Notes: generated by a model not told the origin, from the sequence alone. DNA of 62,814 bases from a virus (IMGVR_UViG_3300048592_000297:1-62814); one strand, 5' to 3'. Positions 29,198 through 39,594 are shown, counted from the first letter of the stretch. Made by a program: numbers and translations.

Positions 29198-29533
29198 CTA
29201 GACTGTGTCTTCTGCCGGCTGCACCGGCTCTTGCAAGAGAGCCCGAATGAGATCGTGCAGCGCAACGGTGACGACCTTGTATGGGCCTTTGCGCAGACGA
29301 CGCGCCACCTCCTCGAACTCCGAATCGAGGATGCTCACCGTAGTTCCTGCCGGGGAATCTTGGATAGTCCGCAACTTACGAATCAGTGGGACAACAGTCG
29401 CAATCTCCAAGTAGTCGGCCCCGACGCTGGGGTTAGACGGATAGCGAAGTAAGTCAAGAATCAGGCCGATGGAGTTCGTGCCGGTTGCAGCTCCGTCGTC
29501 GTCCAGCAATTCGATCACCGCAATACTGCGCAT
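29198..29533 (-). CDS. Hypothetical protein (possible fibre chaperone)
   Basis: 111-aa ORF downstream of the fibre gene. Confidence 0.55.
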   Translation of the reverse strand: MRSIAVIELLDDDGAATGTNSIGLILDLLRYPSNPSVGADYLEIATVVPLIRKLRTIQDSPAGTTVSILDSEFEEVARRLRKGPYKVVTVALHDLIRALLQEPVQPAEDTV

Positions 29534-29536
29534 AAC

Positions 29537-29746
29537 TTACACCTCATCGTGTTCAGTAGAAAGGGCTTCGTCTAGTTCGGCAATCAGCGCATCCCTGATC
29601 GCAGTACTTTCCGCGAACAGTGCGGCTTCTTGTTCCTGCTGTGCAACCAGCGTTGCACGCTGCGCGCGTAACTCATCGTATGGCACCTGCTCCTCTACAG
29701 TTCTCGTAATCGCCACAAGACCATCTTCGACTTTACGCACGTGCAC
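29537..29746 (-). CDS. Small hypothetical protein
   Basis: 69 aa, AAGGAG RBS. Confidence 0.55.
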   Translation of the reverse strand: MHVRKVEDGLVAITRTVEEQVPYDELRAQRATLVAQQEQEAALFAESTAIRDALIAELDEALSTEHDEV

Positions 29747-29767
29747 AGTCTACTCCTTCAGCAACTG

Positions 29768-31348
29768 CTAGGCATTGCCCATTATAGACCAAGTCTCGTA
29801 GTAAGCGATAGCCCGAACAACGCCGCCAGTAAACGTGCCAGAATTAGGGGTAATCACAATCGTCGCCACAGACCCTGCCACAATAGCCGAAGCGTAATTC
29901 GGGTCTACCATCGCCAAGGCTTTCGTGTTGACAGATAGCGACTGTCCGGTAACCAGCGACTGCGACAGCCCGCCCGCGAACGACGCCGACCACGACGTAG
30001 CTGCCCCAGATGTAATCGTCGTGTCAACCCTTAGCTGCACACCAAGCGCCCTTGCCCCTACAGGAATGTTAACCGCAATCGTCGCGGACGCTCCAGACAT
30101 CGTTCCGGTAGTGGCCTCAGCAAAGGTTCTGACATAACCTCCTAGCGAATCCTCCACTGCAGAACCTACCCTAAACGCTCCAGCAACATCAAACAATGCC
30201 GTAGGCAGCGCCCCAACCCCGACATTGCCGCTATTGTCTATGAACAATCGAGGAAGCGGGCTAGAGTGCCCGGTTTCAAACACAAGTCCAGTAACAGACG
30301 CACCAAGAGAGTATGCGCGAATGCGGGCAAGTGCGACATTAGTGCTTTGGTTTTCAAACAAAATCGCAGGACCGCTACCGATAGTTGATGCAGAAATAGG
30401 CCCGCCGACTATGACTACGTTAGTCCCATTGCCGTCTGCGACTCCGGCCCCGGTTATATGCAGTCGTGCTAACGGGGATGTAGTGCCGACACCGACATCC
30501 CCATCGTTGTCGATCAGTATTCGCGGAACCGGGCTAGAGTGCCCAGTCTCAAGCGTTAACCCAGAGATCGACGCACCCATTGCATAGGCACGTATCCGTG
30601 CCATCTTGACGTTAGTGCTCTGGTTTACAAACACAATGGCGGGACCGCTGCCTATAACCACAGACGAAATAGGAGCCCCAAGCACCAGCATATCGGTGCC
30701 GGTAGAAACTGCGGTTCCGGTTTCTGTGAAGTGCGCACGAGCTATTGGGGATGAAGTTCCTATCCCTAACTTGCCAACACCTGTGAGTGCAGCTAGGAAC
30801 GTCGCTCCAGAATTACCGCCACGATTCGCATACGCTTTGGCACGTATACGAAGACCGCCTTCGCTAGAAAAGTCCAGCGTTACGTTGTTGTCACCGGCCC
30901 AGATGTCTAATGCTCTAGTACCGCTATCGGCGACGAACTGCACAGCTCCGTCGGACGGATGGCGATACACATGGATCGGCGCAAGAGGCACTAAGGTGCC
31001 GTACCCTACATACCCGGCATTGGTAATGACGGCTGCAGTCTTGTCTCCGTCGTTACCTACCACGAACTTATGGGCGATTGACGCTAACGTCCCAGCACCG
31101 GACGTTCCTTTGTACGTAATGGCATCGTCAGACCCAGTTCCGCCCACAACGGTCTGCCCGCCTGCCTTGCCGACCACAAGATCGTTCGACAGAACGCCAT
31201 CGCCACTTAATGTAAGCCCCGCCCCGATGGTGTGAAGCGGACGGTTGACCCACGCTGATTCACGGAACACAACCGTCGCAGTTGGTTCTGCTAACGTCTG
31301 CAAAACCTGCAGCGTTTCCGTGACCAGAACTTGAATAATCTCAGCCAT
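29768..31348 (-). CDS. Tail fibre protein
   Basis: Repeated G(N/D)VG(I/V)GT.SP shaft motifs; internal 91-aa duplication. Confidence 0.8.
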   Translation of the reverse strand: MAEIIQVLVTETLQVLQTLAEPTATVVFRESAWVNRPLHTIGAGLTLSGDGVLSNDLVVGKAGGQTVVGGTGSDDAITYKGTSGAGTLASIAHKFVVGNDGDKTAAVITNAGYVGYGTLVPLAPIHVYRHPSDGAVQFVADSGTRALDIWAGDNNVTLDFSSEGGLRIRAKAYANRGGNSGATFLAALTGVGKLGIGTSSPIARAHFTETGTAVSTGTDMLVLGAPISSVVIGSGPAIVFVNQSTNVKMARIRAYAMGASISGLTLETGHSSPVPRILIDNDGDVGVGTTSPLARLHITGAGVADGNGTNVVIVGGPISASTIGSGPAILFENQSTNVALARIRAYSLGASVTGLVFETGHSSPLPRLFIDNSGNVGVGALPTALFDVAGAFRVGSAVEDSLGGYVRTFAEATTGTMSGASATIAVNIPVGARALGVQLRVDTTITSGAATSWSASFAGGLSQSLVTGQSLSVNTKALAMVDPNYASAIVAGSVATIVITPNSGTFTGGVVRAIAYYETWSIMGNA

Positions 31349-31352
31349 GTGG

Positions 31353-32039
31353 CTACGCCGTCGGGAGCCCTTTCGCGGGAACAATGACCTTGACAGTGCC
31401 CTTCTCGATTGTCTTCACAACATCTAAATCAGCATCAGACACATGCGGTAGGCGACGTTCAAACCCGTAGATGTACTTCTCGGCCGTAAGCGCCTGCGTT
31501 TCGCCGCTCGCCAGCGTCAGCGTTACGATACCATCCACCGGCTCATCCGTAGGATCGTCCCCGGCGGTGGTTGACACCTCCAACGCCGCCACAGTTGCGC
31601 CCTCTTCGATGAACGTCATCGTGATAACTAGGTCGGTGATGTTCTCCGGCACGTACTGTGCGACGGTAGAGAACGTAACCGTGTCCCCCGCCTCGAACAC
31701 CTTATTCGCAACCCAGCCGCCTTTCGCCAGTGTGAAGTACGGCGTATTCGTTACAGGGTTGTTGGGGGTTGCGTCTACAGTCTTGTTGCCTTCCCCCACC
31801 GCGCCAGCCGTAGTGCCTTCGATGTTGTATTCCGTCGCGCTAGTAAACGTCAGTGTCCAGTCTTCAGTAACGACGCCGGTCGAGGAGATATCCAGAGGAT
31901 ACGTGATGTGGTCGTAATCGCCAGTAGCTGCGGTCGTGACAGTTATCAGCGGTGGCTCGCCAGTGTAGTCAGGGTTGGGGATCTTGAACTCGAAACGATA
32001 CTGCTTCGTATCGCCACGATAAATGCTGTTGATTGTCAT
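31353..32039 (-). CDS. BppU-like baseplate/fibre adaptor with inserted domain
   Basis: IYRGDT..NITD..GIVTLTL..ET..Y.Y..KTIEKGTVKV. Confidence 0.6.
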   Translation of the reverse strand: MTINSIYRGDTKQYRFEFKIPNPDYTGEPPLITVTTAATGDYDHITYPLDISSTGVVTEDWTLTFTSATEYNIEGTTAGAVGEGNKTVDATPNNPVTNTPYFTLAKGGWVANKVFEAGDTVTFSTVAQYVPENITDLVITMTFIEEGATVAALEVSTTAGDDPTDEPVDGIVTLTLASGETQALTAEKYIYGFERRLPHVSDADLDVVKTIEKGTVKVIVPAKGLPTA

Positions 32040-32068
32040 ACTTCCTCCAGATCGTCTGTGCCAACCAG

Positions 32069-32296
32069 TTACGTTCTATACACCCTACTCGTCGTCACAG
32101 GTCGCCTACGGCTCAAAATTACGTCGCCTTGAACAGTAACTTCATCTCCGGCCCGAACCGCAAGTATCGATTGCGGTACAGTGCGCATACCGTCGCTAAA
32201 TTGGATGGCGACGGACTGCACAGCCGTTGCGACTACCGTGCCGCGCCTGACGAGCTTCTGTCGCTGCTGTAGGAACGCCGCAATTATGTCTGCCAC
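32069..32296 (-). CDS. Small tail-tip protein
   Basis: 75-aa beta-rich ORF with GGAG context. Confidence 0.55.
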   Translation of the reverse strand: MADIIAAFLQQRQKLVRRGTVVATAVQSVAIQFSDGMRTVPQSILAVRAGDEVTVQGDVILSRRRPVTTSRVYRT

Positions 32297-32298
32297 AT

Positions 32299-32640
32299 CT
32301 ACCTCGCCAGCACTTCAGAGGGAGTAAAGAACGCTTCTGGCACAGACATATCTACCCGCATCGTCGCAGATGGCGGTGTAGCAATGACGTTGATGTCTAC
32401 GTTATCAACCCGACCGACGTAATCTTCTTCCAGAAACTCGTCATGAACATAAACCATACACCCCGGCTCGATACCGGGCGTAAATGGAATGTTGGCGGTT
32501 CTGGAAACCTTACCAGTCGCCGTTTCATTCAATTCATGTTCGCCACGTGCAAGCGCAGCAGCGAGCGTGCTAAGTAGAGGTTCGACAATGTCGTCCCCTT
32601 GAGCTAGCCCAGCTCCACGAATAACGACTATATCAATCAT
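32299..32640 (-). CDS. Tail tip / hub protein fragment
   Basis: DIVEPLL..ALARGEHEL..PGIEPG; in the tail operon. Confidence 0.6.
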   Translation of the reverse strand: MIDIVVIRGAGLAQGDDIVEPLLSTLAAALARGEHELNETATGKVSRTANIPFTPGIEPGCMVYVHDEFLEEDYVGRVDNVDINVIATPPSATMRVDMSVPEAFFTPSEVLAR

Positions 32641-33163
32641 TGGCGACCCCCGTAAACACGACCACAATCTCGTAAGCGGACGTATTCGCGATTAAAGTGT
32701 TAGTGAGTTTGTACACATCCGCTTCGGTGGAATACGACACTTTCGCAACTGCTGCATACGGTTTCAACGGCTCCGACGAGAGCCGAAACGTCAGCTCGTC
32801 CGAGTCCAACGTGAGGTTGCCTGCGTTGTTGCCGAGCCACGTCACTTGGTAGCTCGACTTGACGGGCTTGCTTACAGAGGCTTCTCGCTCGTTCGGAAAA
32901 ATCAGCGTCTCCTCTACCGAGATCGTTTGCGGGCTATCGCCCGCCTGCCGGGTGATAGTCCCCTTACTGGCGATTACACTATCGATGGTGATGTTGTCGG
33001 ACTTGTAGAGAAGAAGATACACATCGTCGCCGGGTCGAAAGCTGGTCCGCCCGCTATTGAACCCTGCCGATCTGCCGTCAACTTCCGCGATCAGGGATTC
33101 AGCCCCAGAATCGACATTGAAGCCGATGGTCAGCGTTTGCGTTATTACTCTCGGGTCAGCCAT
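32633..33163 (-). CDS. Tail-associated protein
   Basis: 176-aa beta-rich ORF, translationally coupled. Confidence 0.6.
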   Translation of the reverse strand: MADPRVITQTLTIGFNVDSGAESLIAEVDGRSAGFNSGRTSFRPGDDVYLLLYKSDNITIDSVIASKGTITRQAGDSPQTISVEETLIFPNEREASVSKPVKSSYQVTWLGNNAGNLTLDSDELTFRLSSEPLKPYAAVAKVSYSTEADVYKLTNTLIANTSAYEIVVVFTGVAND

Positions 33164-33164
33164 A

Positions 33165-35669
33165 CTATAGATCCTCCAGAATTACTTGGGCGGGGAATAC
33201 TGACCCGTCTCCTTCGCGACTCGCAGTGAGCAGGTACTTCAGGAACTTGGTAGTGTATTTCACGTACAAGTACCCGTACCCATTGCTCGAATCAGTTGTG
33301 CGTATTATAGTCGATCCCGGTTCGAAAGTAACACTTCCAAGCGCGTTGCTTATCCACGTAACTTCATCGATTGCCCAGACCGGGTACGAAACACTCGCCT
33401 CGCTATTTATAACTTCCACCAGCTCCCCGCGTCCGTCTCCGGTAACTTGTCTGGTGTGCACACCGCCAATCTGAACAAGGCGCGCACGTGACGAGGGCGA
33501 CGTAGCATGCAGCGCGACGCTAGTGCGCCAAGGCGTCGGGTAGACAAACACATCCGCTGCTAGCGGGTTGTCATCGTGAATAGTTGCCTCCACTACATCT
33601 TGATAGAACTCCTCAACATCCAAAATACGGTACTTGTCGATGGTTCGTTGGGGCACATACTGTTCGCTGATGGAAAAGAGGCTGTCGGCTTCCGTCAGGA
33701 CAATGTCTGCCACTGCCTCCTTCAACAGAATCATATCCTCCGGGCGCTCTTTCCACGCTTTCCGTACTCGAAGGTTGCCATCCTTCGTTGCTTCTAAGAC
33801 GCCCCCAACAACCTCCACAAGAACTCTTGCGTAGGACAGTGGAATGGTTCTGCCAGCACCGATACGGTGCTTCGGCAACTGCCAAGTCAGTATACCCCAG
33901 TCTATGGAGGCGGTCGGCAGCAGAGTCGTCTCTACATAATCCTGAACATCTACGGACGATTCATTTGTTGCAAGCTCAACCGGCAGAACTCGCGGCGAAT
34001 CTAGCATTGCCGTCGGCGACACGCCGCTGAGCGTCATCGCAATTTGCACATTACCATTCTGCCCAATGGCGCGAGTCATCTCCTTGGAATCCACAATGAA
34101 CGAGTACAGTTCACCGAATAGGTCCAGTGTGAATGCCTGATCTCGTCGAAACCGGATGAAGTCACTAGGATGCGCTATCGCAATCTCGCACGCCCAATGC
34201 ACAACGTCCGCCGACTTGAACACATGCGCGGTTAGGATGTCTACTTCGTAGACAACCGCCTCGTTCTCAGGATCGGTAAAGGTGATCTTGGGCTGTCCGG
34301 TTATCTCGACCAATGCCGAAGCAGCCATCCTGTACCGTGCCCGATACCCAGACGTTACTTTTGCATTCGTTTGCAATTCATACCGAACATCATGTCCGAC
34401 TGCGAGCGCAGATGTCATCGCGTGGCGGGCCATAAACGAAGCCTGCTTAAGCCCGCGCACCGTATACGCAAGCTCGAATGACGCTACAGATATTGCCGTG
34501 TCGGCAACGGCAGAACGAATCTCGTAAGCTGAAACATGCGCCGCAACCGACTCGGCGAAGGCTCCTACAGCCGACCGAATCTCGTACTGCACTTCATGCG
34601 CTTGGATGTTCCCCGCACTTGCTGAAACAGCCCCGGCGATCTCGTACCCTACTGAGAAGGACTGTACGTTTGCGGCATTGTCCCCGACTGCTCCGCGCAG
34701 CTCGTAAACAGCGTCGAAGGACTGTCGGTTCGTGCCTTCTACAGATCCACGAATCCTGTAGTCTGCAACGAACGACGCCGCAAACCTCAAGCTCCACGAA
34801 GTTTTGAACGATGCTCTGACCGGGTCGTGGCTCAGCAACTTCAACTTCACTACATGGCTAAACTCGGCTGTGCTGCGAATCGCATACTGGGCCCCGAACC
34901 AGAAGCTGGTATAGATGCTGTAGTCGACCACGAACCCGTAATTGTCGCGCGACGCGAACACGTCGTATTCAATAACGTGGTTTGTATAGAACCCGCCAAC
35001 TTGCAGGTATCGACTACGGACGATGTGTGATGCAAAACTAGACGCAAACGCACCTACAGCGCCTCTAACTTCGTATTCCGTCTGGTAGTTAGTCCAGAAC
35101 GGGTCATACAGTAGCAGCTCGTATTCGGCAAACCACGAGAACCCTTTCCGTTCTCTCAGATCGTACCGAACTACATGCGAAAAGTCTGCAAGCTGCCGCA
35201 GATCGTACTTGACGACAATGCCGTAATTATCGCGAGAGGCGAATACATCGTACTCGATCCAGTGACTGAAAGTGCTGTTGCCTTGCAGCGTGTAAGCGAA
35301 ATCTATGACGTAGCTGAACGACACGGAGACTGCTTGCGGCCCGCTCTGCTCATCCGAAAACACACCGCCATTAACGGCACCGAGATTGAGAACCGTGCCG
35401 TTAACCAGTCTACGGTTGCGCCGTGCGTCTGGTTGAGTTATCGCAAGCTGAACCCCAGCGCCACCATTGATCGCGCCCATGTTGATGGTGCGGCGATTGA
35501 CGAGCGCGGACGTAGTTTCTCCAGAAACGATGTTGTAGCTAGCGCCAAGAACAGGAGTGCCGTTAACCGCCCAGCCGTTGATCTGCCGTCTTCGGCCACG
35601 CCAAAGCGGATCGCTCGCGGCTGCACCGTTAAGTGCACGTCCATTTACAGCATACCCATTCAGCATCAT
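33165..35669 (-). CDS. Tail hub-like protein with repetitive N-terminal half
   Basis: NGxAVNG repeats, then ~20-aa (F/H)xxxY(E/D)(I/L/V)R repeats, then a globular C-half. Confidence 0.65.
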   Translation of the reverse strand: MMLNGYAVNGRALNGAAASDPLWRGRRRQINGWAVNGTPVLGASYNIVSGETTSALVNRRTINMGAINGGAGVQLAITQPDARRNRRLVNGTVLNLGAVNGGVFSDEQSGPQAVSVSFSYVIDFAYTLQGNSTFSHWIEYDVFASRDNYGIVVKYDLRQLADFSHVVRYDLRERKGFSWFAEYELLLYDPFWTNYQTEYEVRGAVGAFASSFASHIVRSRYLQVGGFYTNHVIEYDVFASRDNYGFVVDYSIYTSFWFGAQYAIRSTAEFSHVVKLKLLSHDPVRASFKTSWSLRFAASFVADYRIRGSVEGTNRQSFDAVYELRGAVGDNAANVQSFSVGYEIAGAVSASAGNIQAHEVQYEIRSAVGAFAESVAAHVSAYEIRSAVADTAISVASFELAYTVRGLKQASFMARHAMTSALAVGHDVRYELQTNAKVTSGYRARYRMAASALVEITGQPKITFTDPENEAVVYEVDILTAHVFKSADVVHWACEIAIAHPSDFIRFRRDQAFTLDLFGELYSFIVDSKEMTRAIGQNGNVQIAMTLSGVSPTAMLDSPRVLPVELATNESSVDVQDYVETTLLPTASIDWGILTWQLPKHRIGAGRTIPLSYARVLVEVVGGVLEATKDGNLRVRKAWKERPEDMILLKEAVADIVLTEADSLFSISEQYVPQRTIDKYRILDVEEFYQDVVEATIHDDNPLAADVFVYPTPWRTSVALHATSPSSRARLVQIGGVHTRQVTGDGRGELVEVINSEASVSYPVWAIDEVTWISNALGSVTFEPGSTIIRTTDSSNGYGYLYVKYTTKFLKYLLTASREGDGSVFPAQVILEDL

Positions 35670-37597
35670 GGCGGTAGCACGAAGTGGCTATCAGTACCGA
35701 CTACATCATCGTAATCGTCGTTAGTGGCGTAGGTGCATTCAAACACTTGAGCCGGTGTCCCTAAAGCCCCATACGCAAAGTCCACAAACTTGTTGTATCG
35801 GGTGCGTATCGTCGCCGGATTGTTGCTGATTGATGTTCCTTTCCTGAGAACAGTGCCGCCAGTCAACGGCAGTGTACTAACTCGACTGGTGCCGGAAAGG
35901 TACGACATAGGTGTTACGTAGTGCAGAAACCACGTGATGGGAGTGCCCGTCTCAGAATACGACCACGAATTACTTTGGGTAGTGCCCGGCGCTATGTACT
36001 GAAACTCATCCATTGCAGTAAGCAACCAGACGTAGGGCGGCTGCTCCCCGCCCGGAATACCCGTCAACTCAGAAGTGTACTCATACGACGAATTAGTCAC
36101 CTCGAACTCGGTAACGCCGTTCTGTTCTGTCGGGGCAGGAGACGTTAACGCTGCTGAGTCGAGAACGTAGCGACCTTGCTTGAAGGCCGTCACGTGGTTG
36201 TGCTTTATGTCGCCGCTAGGCGACTCCCACGGAGTTTCGCCGTATTCACACCAGAAATAGTCGTATGCGTAAACGTTGTTGTACACGTCTATGTGGTTCA
36301 GCACCATCGCCGCATTCACCCGGACTTTCGGGTAGAAACTGAAGCTAGGGGGAGTTCCATACACTCCTGTCCCGTCGAAAGCCACAAACCCATCTGTCTC
36401 ACCAGTGCGAGAATACAGTGAAGGGTAGGTTTGGTAAGGGTCTTCCGTATACCCTTGCGCAGAACCTGATTCCGCGCACGTGAGAGTGCCTGCATGTACA
36501 CGACTGCCTACAGGAGTGAGTAAGGTGAAAGTCACGGCCCCTGACGCGCTGCCTGTTCCGGTTGTGGATGTGCCGCCTATATCGTAGGTGCCTGCCCCAG
36601 AATTGTGCCCGCGCGTGAAGGACTGAAACGTGGATGACTCACTTTCATAAGTGAACTCTACTGTTCGCGAAACACGCCTGATCGTGTCGTTGACATAGAC
36701 CGAACACAACACTTGCGTGTGTGAGTACGTAACGGACACGTCTGACGTTAAGTAGCCTTCGTAGTATCGGTGTTCGTTGTCGGCAGGAGGTGGAGCAGGC
36801 GTAACGCTCACAATTTCGGTGGTATCGTCAAACGTGTCCGACCAAGAGATTGCAGGCGCATCGCCCACTACTTGAACTGTGGTAATTGACGTGAGCGTAG
36901 CGTTCAGCGTGAATTGCCATTCACGAGTTCTATTAAGTCTGGTGTCATCTCGGCCAGGCTGCTCGTCACCAGTATCTGGCAACGCGTCCGAACTGATATT
37001 GTAGTCCGACTGATCCAGCCATACTGCTTTGAAGCCGTCGCCGCTGAACCACACCGTCTCTGCCTGCGTCGCGGAAACAGTACCTACATAAGGTTCGGTA
37101 TGAAACAGCGTTAGCGAAACTACAGAAGTGAACTCCGACAGTCTTTGTTTGTAGAACCGTAGCCCTGAAGCTCCGGCATGCGATGCAACAACCAGATAGT
37201 CTACCTGCTGATCGCCTTCAGTTACTGTAGCGATAGCACACCCAGACACTACAACGCTGCAAGCGTAAGCCTTACCGTGCCAAAGAATCCACGGGGTGTG
37301 GTTGTTGGCGGTGCGCGGCGAATGCCAGTGCCCGGTCGCCGGGCCGCTGAAGCCAAGGAACTTGGTTGGTTTCAGTTCCGCCGGTTCGCCTACGAGTTTA
37401 TAGTCGCCCTGCCAGTACAGGTTCTCGGTTCGGTGAGGAACGTCAGGCTTGTTGACAACAGTCCATGTGCCGTCCTTGAATGCTGCCTGCCTGTCGTTAG
37501 AAGACAGACTGTTCCAAATCAGGATACCTACGAGCCCGCCAAGCACAAAGCGGGTTACTCGCCCGAATAGGTGGTACGGCATCCCTTTTAGCGCCAC
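35666..37597 (-). CDS. Putative tail/receptor-binding protein
   Basis: 643 aa, T/S/Y-rich; MPYH..G N-terminus. Confidence 0.6.
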   Translation of the reverse strand: MALKGMPYHLFGRVTRFVLGGLVGILIWNSLSSNDRQAAFKDGTWTVVNKPDVPHRTENLYWQGDYKLVGEPAELKPTKFLGFSGPATGHWHSPRTANNHTPWILWHGKAYACSVVVSGCAIATVTEGDQQVDYLVVASHAGASGLRFYKQRLSEFTSVVSLTLFHTEPYVGTVSATQAETVWFSGDGFKAVWLDQSDYNISSDALPDTGDEQPGRDDTRLNRTREWQFTLNATLTSITTVQVVGDAPAISWSDTFDDTTEIVSVTPAPPPADNEHRYYEGYLTSDVSVTYSHTQVLCSVYVNDTIRRVSRTVEFTYESESSTFQSFTRGHNSGAGTYDIGGTSTTGTGSASGAVTFTLLTPVGSRVHAGTLTCAESGSAQGYTEDPYQTYPSLYSRTGETDGFVAFDGTGVYGTPPSFSFYPKVRVNAAMVLNHIDVYNNVYAYDYFWCEYGETPWESPSGDIKHNHVTAFKQGRYVLDSAALTSPAPTEQNGVTEFEVTNSSYEYTSELTGIPGGEQPPYVWLLTAMDEFQYIAPGTTQSNSWSYSETGTPITWFLHYVTPMSYLSGTSRVSTLPLTGGTVLRKGTSISNNPATIRTRYNKFVDFAYGALGTPAQVFECTYATNDDYDDVVGTDSHFVLPP

Positions 37598-37609
37598 TGC
37601 ACACCTTCC

Positions 37610-38593
37610 TTACAGCCCTGAAATATCGTGCCCGGGGAATCTGCTAACGATTTCGTTTTCTATCGCATTAAGATCCAGCGCGTCGTAAGCGTCCATCCAT
37701 TCCGTGCCATAGAACTCAGAGCCTGCCGAAAACCGCACCGTCAATGCTGGTTTGAATGTCGAGTCAGGCGGTCCCTGCTCCATAAAGAACTTGCTAGTCG
37801 CGAACACATACCCTCTACCCGCTACCGTAACGTACCCCACTTCATGGACCCGCTCCGTCTCTAGCAAAGCATCTTCGTTGTCAGGATCAGGCGCGTCTTC
37901 ATCGTCCCATTTGTCCCCCGAATCGTAGGTCGGATGTTTCTCCCACGCGCCTGCGGCGTTCACCTGAACAACGGACGTTACCCTGTACAGCTCCTTGTCG
38001 CGTGCCGGTGGTTCGTCATGCTCTGGAGGTTCGATCTCCAAAACCGCACCAGACGGATTCTTGAATGCCAGAACCGTGCCGTAGTTTCGGTACATCGCTG
38101 TACCAGTTCCTGAGCGCGACACACCCCCTTGTGGCTGATACTTGTAGATCCGGTAGGATGATGTGTACACCACCTGCACTGCGCCGGTGAACGGTCTGTT
38201 CGCTGTTATGGTCTTACTGTTGGGGCGGGCCACAAAACTCAACTGGCCTCCGCTAATCTCCCGCCCATCAGCATCGTAGGCAAACTTGACTGTCACCGCG
38301 ATCCTGCCGCCATCAATCGGATACTGAGTGGATAGCGAATCCGACGACGATGCGAGCACGTACTCATTGCGCTCAAGCTGCCCAGTATTGCCGGTGTACT
38401 CAACCTTGCCAACGGATGCAACCACAACAACACCAGTAACGTTCGGGAACAACCGCAGTGCCTGCCAACCCAACAGGCTGTTTTCGCCTGTCGGGTCGTT
38501 CGACGTGTGCAGCTCAAGCTCTGCTGCATCCGCACCCGACAGGCCGTCACCAAACTGCGTGACGACATGCGTGCTGACACTGCGTTCAGCCAT
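37610..38593 (-). CDS. Tail protein
   Basis: 327-aa ORF in the tail operon, TGATG-coupled. Confidence 0.6.
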   Translation of the reverse strand: MAERSVSTHVVTQFGDGLSGADAAELELHTSNDPTGENSLLGWQALRLFPNVTGVVVVASVGKVEYTGNTGQLERNEYVLASSSDSLSTQYPIDGGRIAVTVKFAYDADGREISGGQLSFVARPNSKTITANRPFTGAVQVVYTSSYRIYKYQPQGGVSRSGTGTAMYRNYGTVLAFKNPSGAVLEIEPPEHDEPPARDKELYRVTSVVQVNAAGAWEKHPTYDSGDKWDDEDAPDPDNEDALLETERVHEVGYVTVAGRGYVFATSKFFMEQGPPDSTFKPALTVRFSAGSEFYGTEWMDAYDALDLNAIENEIVSRFPGHDISGL

Positions 38594-39594
38594 CAGACGT
38601 TCTCGCCGTTCACAATCAATTCGAGCGTGTTGCTCGCAATCGCGTCAGCCCCAGCGGGCACGGTGCGCTTGAACCAGACTCCGCGAGCAGCCGCATGTGT
38701 GGTGAACGTGATGGTATCAGAGGTGGCGAACGTCCCGCTGAAACCGCCGGATGCCAGAGTAAAATACGGCTCCGAAAAGTCAGGATTGCTTGGCGACGCA
38801 CCCGCTCCGACCGTGCCCGAGCCAACACTACCGAGCGTATCACCGACAATGTTGAAGTTCGTAGCGCTGGTAAACGTCAGTGTCCAGTCTTGCTCTACGC
38901 CGCCAATGCTATTCACAACAATCGGGTTGGTAACATCGTTGTAGTCGCCTGCTCCTGACGTAACTACAAACGTGTCATACTCACCGACAATGTCGCCGAG
39001 ACTCAGCCCCGACCCCACATAGGTATCGGTATTGGAGTAGTTGTTCGCCAGCGGATCTGACAACCCGATCGTCGCAACGTTGCCGACATACGACAGCGAA
39101 TCGACGGTGAAAAACTCCTCGTTCCCGGAGTCCTCCAGCGTCTGCTTGTCAGTAATGCGGATTACATCATCTTCCCGGAAGATGCGATCTATCGAATCAT
39201 CTTCCACAAGAACAGTAATGGATGTTGCCCCCGCAGTAGCGGATGCGTTGAGCTTGCCAGTGCCAAAGTGGTCCTCGGTGCCTGTGATGTCGTCTTGCGT
39301 GTCGGTGGCGCCACTAGTCGCCAAGAACATCGTAACCAGATCGTCGCCGGGCGTCGTCTGGTTCGCGAACAGGAGAGTGTTGTAAAGCGTTTCGTCGCCC
39401 GCGCTTGCAATCTTCAGAAACAGCTTCCTGAACTTCTCGCTGCCTGCGATTCGCTCAGCCTGTGGAACATCCGGGAACAGATTGCCGGATGTGTTGCTGA
39501 CGGATTCGGTCGCAGTCATGCGCCCGCCGTTGGTGGAAACATCACTACGTTCTTCCGGGTGGTAAAACTTGACTTCAGCAGCCAGAATCGTCAT
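38593..39594 (-). CDS. Minor tail protein
   Basis: NGGRM..NLFPDV..ER.AG..RKLF..VWFKRTVPAG. Confidence 0.7.
   Translation of the reverse strand: MTILAAEVKFYHPEERSDVSTNGGRMTATESVSNTSGNLFPDVPQAERIAGSEKFRKLFLKIASAGDETLYNTLLFANQTTPGDDLVTMFLATSGATDTQDDITGTEDHFGTGKLNASATAGATSITVLVEDDSIDRIFREDDVIRITDKQTLEDSGNEEFFTVDSLSYVGNVATIGLSDPLANNYSNTDTYVGSGLSLGDIVGEYDTFVVTSGAGDYNDVTNPIVVNSIGGVEQDWTLTFTSATNFNIVGDTLGSVGSGTVGAGASPSNPDFSEPYFTLASGGFSGTFATSDTITFTTHAAARGVWFKRTVPAGADAIASNTLELIVNGENV

Noticed and set aside
29768-39594. Diversity-generating retroelement (repeat pairs in tail genes)
   Set aside because: No reverse transcriptase in the window; repeat differences are not adenine-specific and both copies are coding.
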